Assembly: GCA_964632505.1 (NCBI GenBank)
Contig: CAZWCE010000027.1
Span: 1-40,560 of the forward strand
Length of the DNA: 40,560 nucleotides
From: an uncultured Planctomycetaceae bacterium
Lineage (GTDB): Bacteria > Planctomycetota > Planctomycetia > Pirellulales > Thermoguttaceae
Reading direction: 5' to 3'
Of the stretch, positions 9,389 through 18,409 are shown one piece after another. Position 1 is the stretch's first letter. Each line of letters opens with the position of its first letter. The notes below the pieces were generated by a model. It made no database searches, was not told where the DNA came from, and saw nothing but the letters and a program-made list of their open reading frames with translations. A program made the translations under genes and the position numbers.

Positions 9389-11662
9389 TTACCGCACGAT
9401 GGTGACCCGGGAGCCTATGGTGAGAATGTCGAACACATCTTCCGCGTCCCGGTCGCCCAGACAGATCATGCCTTTGGCGTTGGAGTTGCCGATGCAAGAA
9501 GGATCGTGGGTCCCGTGGATACCGATCTCGTGATTCAGTCCGATCCAACGTTCGCCCAGCGGATTGTTCGGATCATCGGCATCGATACGGCCTTCCGGTC
9601 CGATGAACGGCGGATTCACCCTCTTCTCCTGGACGGTGTATTCCCCTTCGAGCCCGACCTGGTTCCGGCCGACGCCGATTCGGAACCGTCCGGCGTAATA
9701 GCCCCGCTCTCCCAAGGTGAGAAGCAGTTCATGGGCATCGAGATCGACGCGGGCATGAAAAGGACCGCGAACGACTTTCAAGGTCTGCCCTTCGGAAAGC
9801 GAGCCGTGAGGTGGAAGGCCGTTGATCTTCCGGAGAAGCTCCGAGGTGACGTTGTATTTTGCGGCGATCTCCTTCAAGGTTTCTCCAGCGGAAACCTGGT
9901 GAGCCGGCTCCAGCACCGGTTGTCGGGAATAGATCACCACACCGGCCAAATAATCGAGCATCTGGGTGATGGCACGGCGTTCTTCGGCGTTCAGTCCCGC
10001 CAAGTCGTAATGGGGACTCAATCGCTCAAGGGCTTTGCCGTGTTCACCAGAGTTGCAGAGCTCCTGCATCGCTTGGAGAAAATCGACGACCTGCTTGCGG
10101 ACTTCGCCTCCGGTGAAGTGCATCGGAGGAGGTTGCGGTGCTCCGGCGGAAGAGGCCACCGGCGGATTCGCGGGCGCCTCCTGCTCGAGTGGATTCATCA
10201 ACTCCGACGTTTCGGGGGGGATCCCCCTATTGCTCGCCTGATGGTTCGGTGCTTGTCGGGGAATCGGCATTTCACCTTCGGGAGGAGCAAGTGATTTTTC
10301 CTGCGGCATTTCCACGGTAGGTTCCGAAGGAGGTCCGGGGGAGCCGTAGACGGAATCGTTTTCGGACAGAGGATCCAGCGGCGCATCCCCGGAAGCGGCC
10401 GGCACCGAATCGTCGGCGAACTGATTCCAATTTCCCGCATCCAAGGAGTTGGTATTCGACGATGCCGAAGCGAACCCGGCCTCGCTGGGATCATTCGAAG
10501 TCATTCCCGTGTCCGGTTCGTCTGGCGGTGAAGCGTTGGGAGTGCCGGTCGATGAATCTTCCGCCATCCTGGGAGAGACCGCCGGAGTGGTGTCGGGCAA
10601 GGCCCCGAGAGGCGGCATGCCGGGAGGTGGAGATTCCGACGGAGCTTTGGCGTTGATTTCAGGATTGGAACCCTCTGTAGCGGATGGGGGATTTCCGGGC
10701 AGCGGTTCCTCTTGTTTTCGGCCGATGCGTGGTCCCTGGAGGCCGGAGGTTTGACCGGAAATCGAAGGGGCGCCCCCGATCGAAGGACTGGAATCTCCTC
10801 GGGCCATCTGCTCATGGCGTGGGGCCAAGCCTCCGATTCCAGGCGGTCCGGCGATTTCACTTTCTGATGGCCCACTCGACGACTCGGAAGCCGGGATGGA
10901 ATCGAAATCATCTCGTGGAGCCGATGCTGTTGTAGGCGGCGCAGCCGGGGGAGCGTAGGGGATTTCGTTGTCCAGGCTTGCGGCATCGGGATTTCCCGAA
11001 TGATCCTCAAACGGAAGTGCGCTGGAGGCCTCGGGGGAGGACGTTCCCTCTCCGCCGACGGCGGGAGCCGAGAACGGTGGGGCTTCTCCGGCGACGGGTT
11101 CAGGGCTGGAGCCATACGATGCGGCCGCCGCCGATGCTTCCACCGGGGGCATCGTCTCCTCCAGTTCCGCCGAGGGGACCGAACGCGACATGGCACCGGG
11201 AACATTCTCGAAAGGCACTTGCGTCGAGACGGAGTCCGGTCCTCCGGTGGTTTCCGGGAAGGAACCTTCAGCGAGAGAGGAATGTGTGGCGGAAGATACT
11301 TCGGCGGCCTCTTGCGCATCGGGGAGGCTGTCGGAGGCGAACATCGGAGGGACGCTCGAGGAACCTGAGGCAGACGAACCGGCAAGCGATCCCGGGGGCG
11401 TGGAACTCGCCTCGCCCAGCGAGATGTCGTTCAATGGAGCCAGTTCTCCGGATTCGGTGAACAGCGCCCCGGACGGCGTATCGCTGCCCGGTCCGCCGAG
11501 ATTCATTCCCGATTCCTCGAGTTCGCGGCGCAGCGAATCGGGAAAGGCCTCTTCTTTGCCGACTTCCCCACAAATGATGGTGTACGCGCCGTAGCCGGCG
11601 AACGCCAGGACCACGACCACCAGAATCCCCTTCATAGCCTTCATGACCGTCCTCCATGACAA
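9389..11662 (-). CDS. Membrane-anchored LysM plus L,D-transpeptidase (YkuD) protein with a roughly 450-aa Pro/Ser/Ala-rich low-complexity linker
   Basis: N-terminal TM helix (ILVVVVLAFAGYGAYTII). LysM domain (GETLKEIAAKYNVTSELLRKINGL). YkuD-like C-terminus with HGTHDPSCIGNS...GMICLG. Confidence 0.8.
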   Translation of the reverse strand: MSWRTVMKAMKGILVVVVLAFAGYGAYTIICGEVGKEEAFPDSLRRELEESGMNLGGPGSDTPSGALFTESGELAPLNDISLGEASSTPPGSLAGSSASGSSSVPPMFASDSLPDAQEAAEVSSATHSSLAEGSFPETTGGPDSVSTQVPFENVPGAMSRSVPSAELEETMPPVEASAAAASYGSSPEPVAGEAPPFSAPAVGGEGTSSPEASSALPFEDHSGNPDAASLDNEIPYAPPAAPPTTASAPRDDFDSIPASESSSGPSESEIAGPPGIGGLAPRHEQMARGDSSPSIGGAPSISGQTSGLQGPRIGRKQEEPLPGNPPSATEGSNPEINAKAPSESPPPGMPPLGALPDTTPAVSPRMAEDSSTGTPNASPPDEPDTGMTSNDPSEAGFASASSNTNSLDAGNWNQFADDSVPAASGDAPLDPLSENDSVYGSPGPPSEPTVEMPQEKSLAPPEGEMPIPRQAPNHQASNRGIPPETSELMNPLEQEAPANPPVASSAGAPQPPPMHFTGGEVRKQVVDFLQAMQELCNSGEHGKALERLSPHYDLAGLNAEERRAITQMLDYLAGVVIYSRQPVLEPAHQVSAGETLKEIAAKYNVTSELLRKINGLPPHGSLSEGQTLKVVRGPFHARVDLDAHELLLTLGERGYYAGRFRIGVGRNQVGLEGEYTVQEKRVNPPFIGPEGRIDADDPNNPLGERWIGLNHEIGIHGTHDPSCIGNSNAKGMICLGDRDAEDVFDILTIGSRVTIVR

Positions 11663-11951
11663 GTCATTTTTTCACACTCGGTATCTTGCTGGTCCCCAAA
11701 AATCGCCCCAAAGAGGCGATCATCGAGGCTCATTTCGGATGGAAATCTTCCGCTGTTTCCCACTCCGTTTCATGTTTCGCCGCTCGGAAACACACCGGCC
11801 ATTCCAGGCCCTCGTTTCCACGTTCGGCAAGACGCATTATACTGGATCTCTCCCGGCGGCGATTGTTCGAAACCGGAACCCCGTGATATTGCGCGTTTGC
11901 AATGGCACTGTGTTTTCCGAGAATTTCACCCGTTTTTGATCAGGTTTTCCG

Positions 11952-12218
11952 ATGCCCGATGCCCATGACGATTACGACATCTACCCGGAAGAGTATCTCG
12001 ATGAAGCATTCGACGAGGAAAACTTGACGGAAACCTGTCCTTCCTGCGGCGAGGATATCTACGAAGATGCCGTCCGATGTCCCTACTGCGGCGATTACGT
12101 CACCTTTTCCACCCGGGGGTATCCGTGGAATCGGCGTCCGATGTGGTGGGTTCTCTTGGCGCTTCTGGGTATCGTCGCGACGGTACTCACCCTTTCCGGA
12201 CTGAGCGGATTCTTCTGA
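11952..12218 (+). CDS. Small zinc-ribbon protein with a C-terminal transmembrane helix
   Basis: 88 aa with CPSCG...CPYCG (CxxC-N16-CxxC) and a hydrophobic tail WWVLLALLGIVATVLTL. The N-terminus is acidic. Confidence 0.45.
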   Translation: MPDAHDDYDIYPEEYLDEAFDEENLTETCPSCGEDIYEDAVRCPYCGDYVTFSTRGYPWNRRPMWWVLLALLGIVATVLTLSGLSGFF

Positions 12219-12504
12219 ATTCCCGCCAAAAACAACTTCTCGTCGAGGAGCTTACTCCAATCGCTCAGCAAGATCCAGAGCAATCCGGGACGTTTGGACC
12301 TTTTTTCAGAAAATGGTGGGAGAGATCTTGGTGTGGGGCGATGGCGGTCGATGTGGCACCAAGGAGGGAAAAGGATTCACGGTCGCGGAGGTCGTGACGC
12401 CTCGGTTCCGGCATTCGGGCAGGGAGGCCACCTCTCGGACAGCGACCTCGCTACACTACTTTGCGATGTTCAATCGAAGGAATCACCAGAGGCGCGCGGT
12501 CCCG

Positions 12505-13830
12505 CTATTCGTGTCGGAGCGCTTCGATCGGATCCATCTTCGCGGCGCGCATCGCCGGATAGATGCCGAAGATGACTCCGATCATCACGGAAATGCCGAA
12601 CGCCAGCGGAATCGAGGCGGGAACGATGATCGGCTTGATATCCTGGACGACCGGGGGGAGTTGAGCAACGACCTCAGGCATCGATTGCTCGATCATTTGC
12701 ATCGCCATCCCCGTGACGGGACGGCAAGTCAACCCGATCAGGACGCCGGTCAGTCCGCCGACGACCGAGAGGACGATCGTTTCGACCAAAAACTGGCGGA
12801 TGATGTCGCTTCGCTTGGCTCCAAGGGCCCGCCGGATGCCGATTTCGCGCGTCCGCTCGGTGACCGTTGCCAGCATGATGTTCATGATGCCGATGCCTCC
12901 CACGACGAGTGAAATCGCCGCGATGAGCCCCATGAAAATAATGAACATCATCCGGGTGGTTTTCGCCTGTTCCAGGAGTTCCAGCGGCACGGTCACGCCG
13001 TAATCTTCCAAACGGTGATGTTTCTCGAGTGTCATCTTGATCAGTTCCGAGGTCTCCATGACGTTGTCGACATCGTCGATGCGGAGCGTGATTTGCGAAA
13101 GTTCGACAATCTCCCCCTGAATCGAACCACTTCCGAACTGAACGATCTGGTCGCCGATCCGCGACCAAAGGGTACTGATGGGGATGTAGACGTCCTTCGA
13201 GAAATCCTTCGCCGCCAGCGAACCGCCGATCCCGGCCGACGGAGCCCGAGGCTTGAGCACTCCGACCACCACGTAATAATATTGCTCCACGCGGATGGAA
13301 CGGCCGATCGGGTTTTCGAACGGAAAAAGCCGCTCCGCCACGCCCGCGCTGAGAACGCAGTGATTGAGCTTATTCCGCTCCTCGAGATCGGTCAGGAAAT
13401 GGCCTCGATCGATCTCCAGATTTGTGATGTTTGCGTATTCCGGTGAACAACCGACCAATGTGCCGTCGATCTCGCGGCCGGCATAGCCGAATGTCTGACG
13501 GATTTCTCGAACCGGAATGGCGCGTTTGATGGTCGGGATCGTTTCCGAGAGACGCTCGTAATCGGCCCGGGTGATTCCGTAGGGGACGAGCCCCCGTGTC
13601 GACCCGGTGACCTCTTGCGAGGGCTTGATGGTACGGACGATGATGTTATCGGCCCCAAGACTGGCAATCTGTTCCTGCGCCTTCGCGCTGATGCCTTCTC
13701 CGATCGCCAACAGCCAAATGACGCTCGCCACGCCGATGAAAATGCCCAACACCGTCAACAGCGAGCGCAGCGGATGCAATAGGAGACTCTTCACGCCAAG
13801 TTGCCAGGTACGAATCCAGAGTGTGAACAT
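12505..13830 (-). CDS. ABC transporter permease, FtsX/MacB family
   Basis: N-terminal TM helix, a large periplasmic domain, then a C-terminal FtsX-like 3-TM bundle; a typical MacB/YknZ-type permease. Confidence 0.9.
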   Translation of the reverse strand: MFTLWIRTWQLGVKSLLLHPLRSLLTVLGIFIGVASVIWLLAIGEGISAKAQEQIASLGADNIIVRTIKPSQEVTGSTRGLVPYGITRADYERLSETIPTIKRAIPVREIRQTFGYAGREIDGTLVGCSPEYANITNLEIDRGHFLTDLEERNKLNHCVLSAGVAERLFPFENPIGRSIRVEQYYYVVVGVLKPRAPSAGIGGSLAAKDFSKDVYIPISTLWSRIGDQIVQFGSGSIQGEIVELSQITLRIDDVDNVMETSELIKMTLEKHHRLEDYGVTVPLELLEQAKTTRMMFIIFMGLIAAISLVVGGIGIMNIMLATVTERTREIGIRRALGAKRSDIIRQFLVETIVLSVVGGLTGVLIGLTCRPVTGMAMQMIEQSMPEVVAQLPPVVQDIKPIIVPASIPLAFGISVMIGVIFGIYPAMRAAKMDPIEALRHE

Positions 13831-13999
13831 AGTGCTTCGCGTCGTTCGGAAATCATTTAGGTAGGAATGGAAGGGAAGGATTCATGGTCGCATCCGTCGG
13901 GGCCCTCGGTTCCGGCATAGCCGCTTGGAAAGCATTGTCTTCCGAGGGGCGTCCTCGCGACACGATGTTGCGACACATCAAAAACGCGGCCGTGGCCTT

Positions 14000-14027
14000 T
14001 CTCCCGGGCGTGAATCTCGCCGGGAGA
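14000..14027 (-). promoter_or_regulatory. 8-bp perfect hairpin in the 213-bp intra-operon gap between the ABC ATPase and permease genes
   Basis: TCTCCCGG (14000-14007), a 12-nt loop, CCGGGAGA (14020-14027). On the transcribed minus strand it is followed by GGCCACGGCCGCGTTTTTG. Confidence 0.25.
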
Positions 14028-14043
14028 GATTCCGGTCAAAGGG

Positions 14044-14730
14044 TCAGTGGCCGTTTCGGCGATCCGATTCCACCCAACCGTCCTTGAGCCGGATGATACG
14101 TTTGCTCCGGGCGCCCACATCGTCCTCATGGGTGACCATGATGATCGTTCTTCCTTCTTCGTTCAACTGATCGAGCAAATCGAGGATTTCGTTGGTGGTG
14201 ACCGAATCGAGGTTTCCGGTCGGTTCGTCGGCCAGGATGAAGTAGGGGTTGTTGATCAAGCTCCTGGCGATCGCCACTCGTTGCTGTTGTCCCCCGGAAA
14301 GTTGCGTTGGTCGGTGATCCAGCCGATCGCCCAGCCCCACCAATTGAGCCAATTCATGGCATCGCTTTCGCGATTGCCGGTTGATGGATCCCTGATAAAA
14401 TAGGGGAACCTCGATGTTTTCGAGCACGGTGAGCTGAGGAATCAGGTTATACGCCTGGAAGACGAATCCGATGCGGGTCGCACGAATCGTCGAGAGGCTG
14501 TCGTCATCGAGCTGGGAGACGTTGTCGTTTCCCAGCATGATGGTTCCGGTGCTGGGTCGGTCGAGACAGCCCAATAAATTCAGTAGGGTGCTCTTGCCCG
14601 AACCGGAGGCGCCCATCACGGCGACGTAATCTCCTTCGGGAATTTCCAGGGAAACTCCCTGCAATGCCCGAACCGTCTCTCCTTTGAGGACGTACTCCTT
14701 GACGACTTCCTCGGTTTTGGCGGCGAACAT
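14044..14730 (-). CDS. ABC transporter ATP-binding protein (MacB/LolD-type)
   Basis: Walker A GASGSGKST, ABC signature LSGGQQQRVAIARSL, Walker B ILADEPTGNLD. Its start codon shares one nucleotide with the stop of the upstream adaptor gene (TGATG coupling). Confidence 0.9.
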   Translation of the reverse strand: MFAAKTEEVVKEYVLKGETVRALQGVSLEIPEGDYVAVMGASGSGKSTLLNLLGCLDRPSTGTIMLGNDNVSQLDDDSLSTIRATRIGFVFQAYNLIPQLTVLENIEVPLFYQGSINRQSRKRCHELAQLVGLGDRLDHRPTQLSGGQQQRVAIARSLINNPYFILADEPTGNLDSVTTNEILDLLDQLNEEGRTIIMVTHEDDVGARSKRIIRLKDGWVESDRRNGH

Positions 14731-16589
14731 CAGCGGGCGCCCCCTTCCCGTCCGCCACCGGGATTGCCCTGGGGCCGTCCGCCGCCGGAACCGGTTCCCG
14801 GCTTTCGATCGTCTCCGCCGGAAGTCCCGCCTTCTCCGGGAGGTCCCCCGCTGTTCGGACGGGCAGCCTGCATTTTCTGGATCGCCGCCGAGATCTCCTT
14901 CTCGGACACTTTGCCGTCGGAGTCGGCATCGATCTGTTCAAACCTCGACTGCATCGGTCCCGGCAGCTCCTCCTTGGTCAAACTACCGTCGCTGTTCTTG
15001 TCGAGTTGGGAGAACCTTGAGCCGGAACCGGAAGCCCCTTGTTTTTCCCCGTCTTCTTTCTCAGAGGTGTTTTTCTTTTTCTTCGACGAGCCGACCAGCG
15101 GACGCGAGGTTTGGCCTTTGCCCAGCTCCGGCAAATCAACTTTGCCTCGATATTGCCAGGCTCCCATGACGACCGCCTCCCCTTCCTCCAAACCGGATTC
15201 GATCACCACCACCTTGTCGTTGGTCGGTCCGACTTCGACCTTACGCTTGTCCCATACGCCTTCCCGGTAGGTCAGGCAATAGGTTTTGCCCCCATGCTCG
15301 AAAATGCACTGGACCGGCAAGAGCAGCACGTCGGGCAGTTCACGAACGCGGATTTTCACTTCCGCGGTCAAGCCGGGCCGGATGCCCTTGGGCGGATCCA
15401 CGATGGCGATGGTCGTTTCGTATTCCTTCGAGGCCGATCCGAAGTGGCCGGTCGGTTCCGGATATTCGTTGACATCCTTGACGACGCCCTGAAAAACCTC
15501 ATCGGAAAACGCCTCCAGCCGCACGGAACTTTCCATGCCGACTTCCACCAGCGAGATGCTCGCCTCGTTGATCGTCGCTTCCACTTGCATCTGGCTCGGG
15601 TCGGGCAGCTTGATGATGATTTGTCGCTCGCGGACCTGGGTTCCTTCCTCGATGATCGTCTCGTTGCGTCCCCATCGGTTCGTCTCGTTCGCGTACACCA
15701 CCTGGCCCGCTTCAGGGGCGAAGATCTTGCAGTTCTCGAACTGTTCTTGGTAATGCGCCAACCGCTCCTGATCGAGTTCGTAGCTGTGCTCCTCCGAGGC
15801 GAGGTTCGCCTTGGCGGTTTCGATACTCGCGTTGAGTTGCTTGACCATCTTCTCCTTGGTGTAATTGATGAGCACTTCCTGTTCGAGTTGTGCGGCGGCC
15901 AGCGCATTCAGTGCCTGTTCATAAGCGAATTCCGCTGCGTCGACTTGCATGTCGGTCACGTAACCCCGAGACTGGAGATCGCGCGTGAACCGCAAATTCT
16001 CCGCCTCGCGCCGCTTCGTTTCCTCGGCGTCGAAGATCTTGTTCTTGATCGTGCGAAGCTCCTGGATGAACTTTCCCTTGACGTATTCATCGTACTCCAG
16101 CTCCGCCGTGCGAAGATCCACCTCCGCCTGGGTCACCTGGGCCTTGCTCGTGTTGCAAACGATCTGTTGCTGCGTCACCTTCTCCTCCAGGTTCGAGGAA
16201 TCGAGCTCGCAGAGAAGATCGCCTTTCTGAACGTTCGTTCCCTCGGGAATGATCCAGATGATCGTCGTGCCGCCGGAACTTTCCACCTCGCAACGAATAT
16301 CGACGTTGCTGCCGCTTTCGACGCTTCCGCGTTCGGTGATGTCGTGAACGAACCGATCCCGCTGGACCGTCTCCATCAGCGGAGCTTCCTCCTGGAGATT
16401 TCCGCCGAACTTGCTCCAACTGTACCAACCGACTCCTCCCACCAGAGCCAGGACCAAGAGAGAAATCACGATCACGCGAGCTGCCGAACCGGACCGGCGG
16501 CCGAGAAGGCCGTGATCGGGGACACTTCGCGAAAGACCATGCTGCATGTCGGTCGTCCGGGAAAAAATCGGGAATGGAGAAAAAGACAT
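14730..16589 (-). CDS. Periplasmic membrane-fusion adaptor (HlyD/MacA family) with a C-terminal EF-hand pair and a Gly-rich tail
   Basis: TM anchor ARVIVISLLVLALVGGVGWY, long coiled coil, and beta-barrel/MP domains of the MFP family. The C-terminus carries two canonical EF-hand loops, DKNSDGSLTKEE and DADSDGKVSEKE, encoded at about 14895-15023. I place the start at the ATG at 16589, which has a GGAAAGG ribosome-binding site 6 nt upstream; the six-frame ORF extends to 16805. Confidence 0.85.
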   Translation of the reverse strand: MSFSPFPIFSRTTDMQHGLSRSVPDHGLLGRRSGSAARVIVISLLVLALVGGVGWYSWSKFGGNLQEEAPLMETVQRDRFVHDITERGSVESGSNVDIRCEVESSGGTTIIWIIPEGTNVQKGDLLCELDSSNLEEKVTQQQIVCNTSKAQVTQAEVDLRTAELEYDEYVKGKFIQELRTIKNKIFDAEETKRREAENLRFTRDLQSRGYVTDMQVDAAEFAYEQALNALAAAQLEQEVLINYTKEKMVKQLNASIETAKANLASEEHSYELDQERLAHYQEQFENCKIFAPEAGQVVYANETNRWGRNETIIEEGTQVRERQIIIKLPDPSQMQVEATINEASISLVEVGMESSVRLEAFSDEVFQGVVKDVNEYPEPTGHFGSASKEYETTIAIVDPPKGIRPGLTAEVKIRVRELPDVLLLPVQCIFEHGGKTYCLTYREGVWDKRKVEVGPTNDKVVVIESGLEEGEAVVMGAWQYRGKVDLPELGKGQTSRPLVGSSKKKKNTSEKEDGEKQGASGSGSRFSQLDKNSDGSLTKEELPGPMQSRFEQIDADSDGKVSEKEISAAIQKMQAARPNSGGPPGEGGTSGGDDRKPGTGSGGGRPQGNPGGGREGGAR

Positions 16590-16990
16590 CGAACACCTTT
16601 CCTGATGCTGCTTCGAATCATTCGTGAAGCATGGAACGTCACGGAAATTATCGGCAAACCGACATAAGGGGCTCATCATCAAACCCCGGAAAAGAGAGAA
16701 AGTTCCTTGAAAAAAAGGACTTCCGAAGGAGCGGAAGCCGATTATTCGACATTTCGGTCGGCAGGGAGGGGATTCGCCTTCGGAAATGGAGAAAAAGTCC
16801 ACCATGAAGTGTTTCCATCGCGATCATCCCTACCATCATTATATCCGTGTCCTCCATGCTGTCACGATATTTTGCCACGAAAAGCCGGGAAAACCTCTCG
16901 AACTCCATGGAGGCCCCCCCAACATGAAGAGTTGCCGCGGAAAGAAATGTGTCGCGATGTTTTTGACCAATCATTCCGGCAAAAACGGAG

Positions 16991-17299
16991 CTATTCACGT
17001 TTTCTGGGACGTAGAATAATCACAACGACAACGATAGGGATGGCCAAAAGGAAAAGCCGCGGTTTCCAGGCAAGGAGAATCGCCAGCAGGGGGATCACCT
17101 GAAAGATCCACCGGGGCAGCCGTAATAGTTCCGGCCAAGCCAGCCAGAGGGCCACGCAAAAAACCCCGACCCGGGCAGAGGCCGCGTGGAGGTTGATGAA
17201 AAAAGGTCTCTCGGGCGGAGAAAGATAGAAGTAGAGTGCGATGGCGGTGAAGACCAACGCGATCACGCCGAGGACGTGTCGTTTCGCGGAATCGGACAT
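16991..17299 (-). CDS. Small polytopic membrane protein (hypothetical)
   Basis: 102 aa with 3 hydrophobic helices. It is co-oriented with and just downstream of the HtrA-like gene. Confidence 0.45.
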   Translation of the reverse strand: MSDSAKRHVLGVIALVFTAIALYFYLSPPERPFFINLHAASARVGVFCVALWLAWPELLRLPRWIFQVIPLLAILLAWKPRLFLLAIPIVVVVIILRPRKRE

Positions 17300-17336
17300 G
17301 GGGACCAGTATACTCGGAAGAGGGGGAAAAGTCGAT

Positions 17337-18398
17337 TCACTTTTTCGAAGTCGCTCCGTTTTCCTCCGCCTTCGGGGGGCCCGTCCCCGATTTTCGGGAA
17401 GGTCGCTCGAGGACGATCTTCACCTGGATCGGCTTGCCGTCGCGTTGGAGGGTGATCGAGAGACTGTCTCCGGCGTAACGACTTCGCACACCCACCAGGG
17501 CATCCACGGCAAGCTGAACCGGTTTGCCATCGATCGAGGTAATGCGGTCGCCCTTTTGAATTCCGGCATTCTCGGCGGGAGATCGGGGGAGGACGCCGAG
17601 AACAACCGCTTCTTGGATAAACATTTCCTTCACCGGCAGCTTCAGGCCGGCCCGCCCCTCGTGCAGATCATCCCCCGACCGCATTCGGTCGGCCGCCTCG
17701 AACGCCCGCTCGATGGGAACCGCCATGCCGATGCCGGAATCGTACCACTCGAATCCGGCGGAATCGCCTTCGGCCATGGGAGAAAGCGGGGTGAGGATCC
17801 CCAGCACACGGCCTTGGAGATCGATCAGCGGACCGCCATAGTTATTCGGTCCCACGGCGGCATCGGTCTGAATCGCCTTGCCCCAGACGCGGTTTTTCGC
17901 GCTGAGAATGCCCACCGCGAGGTTCGGCCTTTCGGGGGAAAGTGCCTGCCCCACCGCGACGACCCACTGGCCCACGCGCAGCTCTCCCACTCCCCCGGTC
18001 TCCATCGGTTCGAAGTCGAAGGGACGTTCGATTTTCAGGAGCACGAAGTTATCGGAATGGTCGACCGCCACGACTCGGGCCGCGGCGTGCTTGCCGTCGG
18101 GGAGTCGGACGGAAATCGCGCTCGGTTCATGCCGCAAATGAAAGCCGGAAGTGAGAAGATACCCTTCGGCGTCGAGCAGCAGCCCGGTCGCAGGCCCACC
18201 GGCCAAATCGCGTCCGACCCGTTCCTTGCCGCCGATCGTATCGATCCGCACCACTTTCGAGCGGACTTTCTCGACAGCCTGAAGGTAGGCGTTTTCGTGG
18301 CCTCCTTCCTCCGGGGACCGGAATGTCGACGCGCCGGCGCGCCCTCCGGACAGCATCAAGCAGAGCAGGAGAACGATTCGAACCATCACACCGTTCAT
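17337..18398 (-). CDS. HtrA/DegP-like trypsin-fold protein with a C-terminal PDZ domain; catalytic Ser replaced by Tyr
   Basis: It has a signal peptide. The His region (LLTSGFHL) is present, but the GNSGGPL motif reads TDAAVGPNNYGGPLIDLQGRVLGI, so the nucleophile position is Tyr. A PDZ-like segment follows (VLGVLPRSPAENAGIQKGDRITSIDGKPV). Confidence 0.8.
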   Translation of the reverse strand: MNGVMVRIVLLLCLMLSGGRAGASTFRSPEEGGHENAYLQAVEKVRSKVVRIDTIGGKERVGRDLAGGPATGLLLDAEGYLLTSGFHLRHEPSAISVRLPDGKHAAARVVAVDHSDNFVLLKIERPFDFEPMETGGVGELRVGQWVVAVGQALSPERPNLAVGILSAKNRVWGKAIQTDAAVGPNNYGGPLIDLQGRVLGILTPLSPMAEGDSAGFEWYDSGIGMAVPIERAFEAADRMRSGDDLHEGRAGLKLPVKEMFIQEAVVLGVLPRSPAENAGIQKGDRITSIDGKPVQLAVDALVGVRSRYAGDSLSITLQRDGKPIQVKIVLERPSRKSGTGPPKAEENGATSKK

Positions 18399-18409
18399 GG
18401 GGTAGATCC

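Noticed and set aside
11663-11951. Putative promoter TTCCAC-N16-TATACT and a 6-bp hairpin in the divergent region upstream of the zinc-ribbon gene
   Set aside because: Weak -35 and short stem. Not distinguishable from chance.
12313-12912. 199-aa plus-strand ORF, and a 164-aa minus-strand ORF at 12674-13168
   Set aside because: They overlap the FtsX permease gene in other frames or on the other strand. Highly Arg/His/Asp-biased and implausible.
15039-16667. 542-aa plus-strand ORF opposite the membrane-fusion adaptor gene
   Set aside because: Antisense to a gene with clear HlyD/MacA architecture and EF-hand loops. No motifs.
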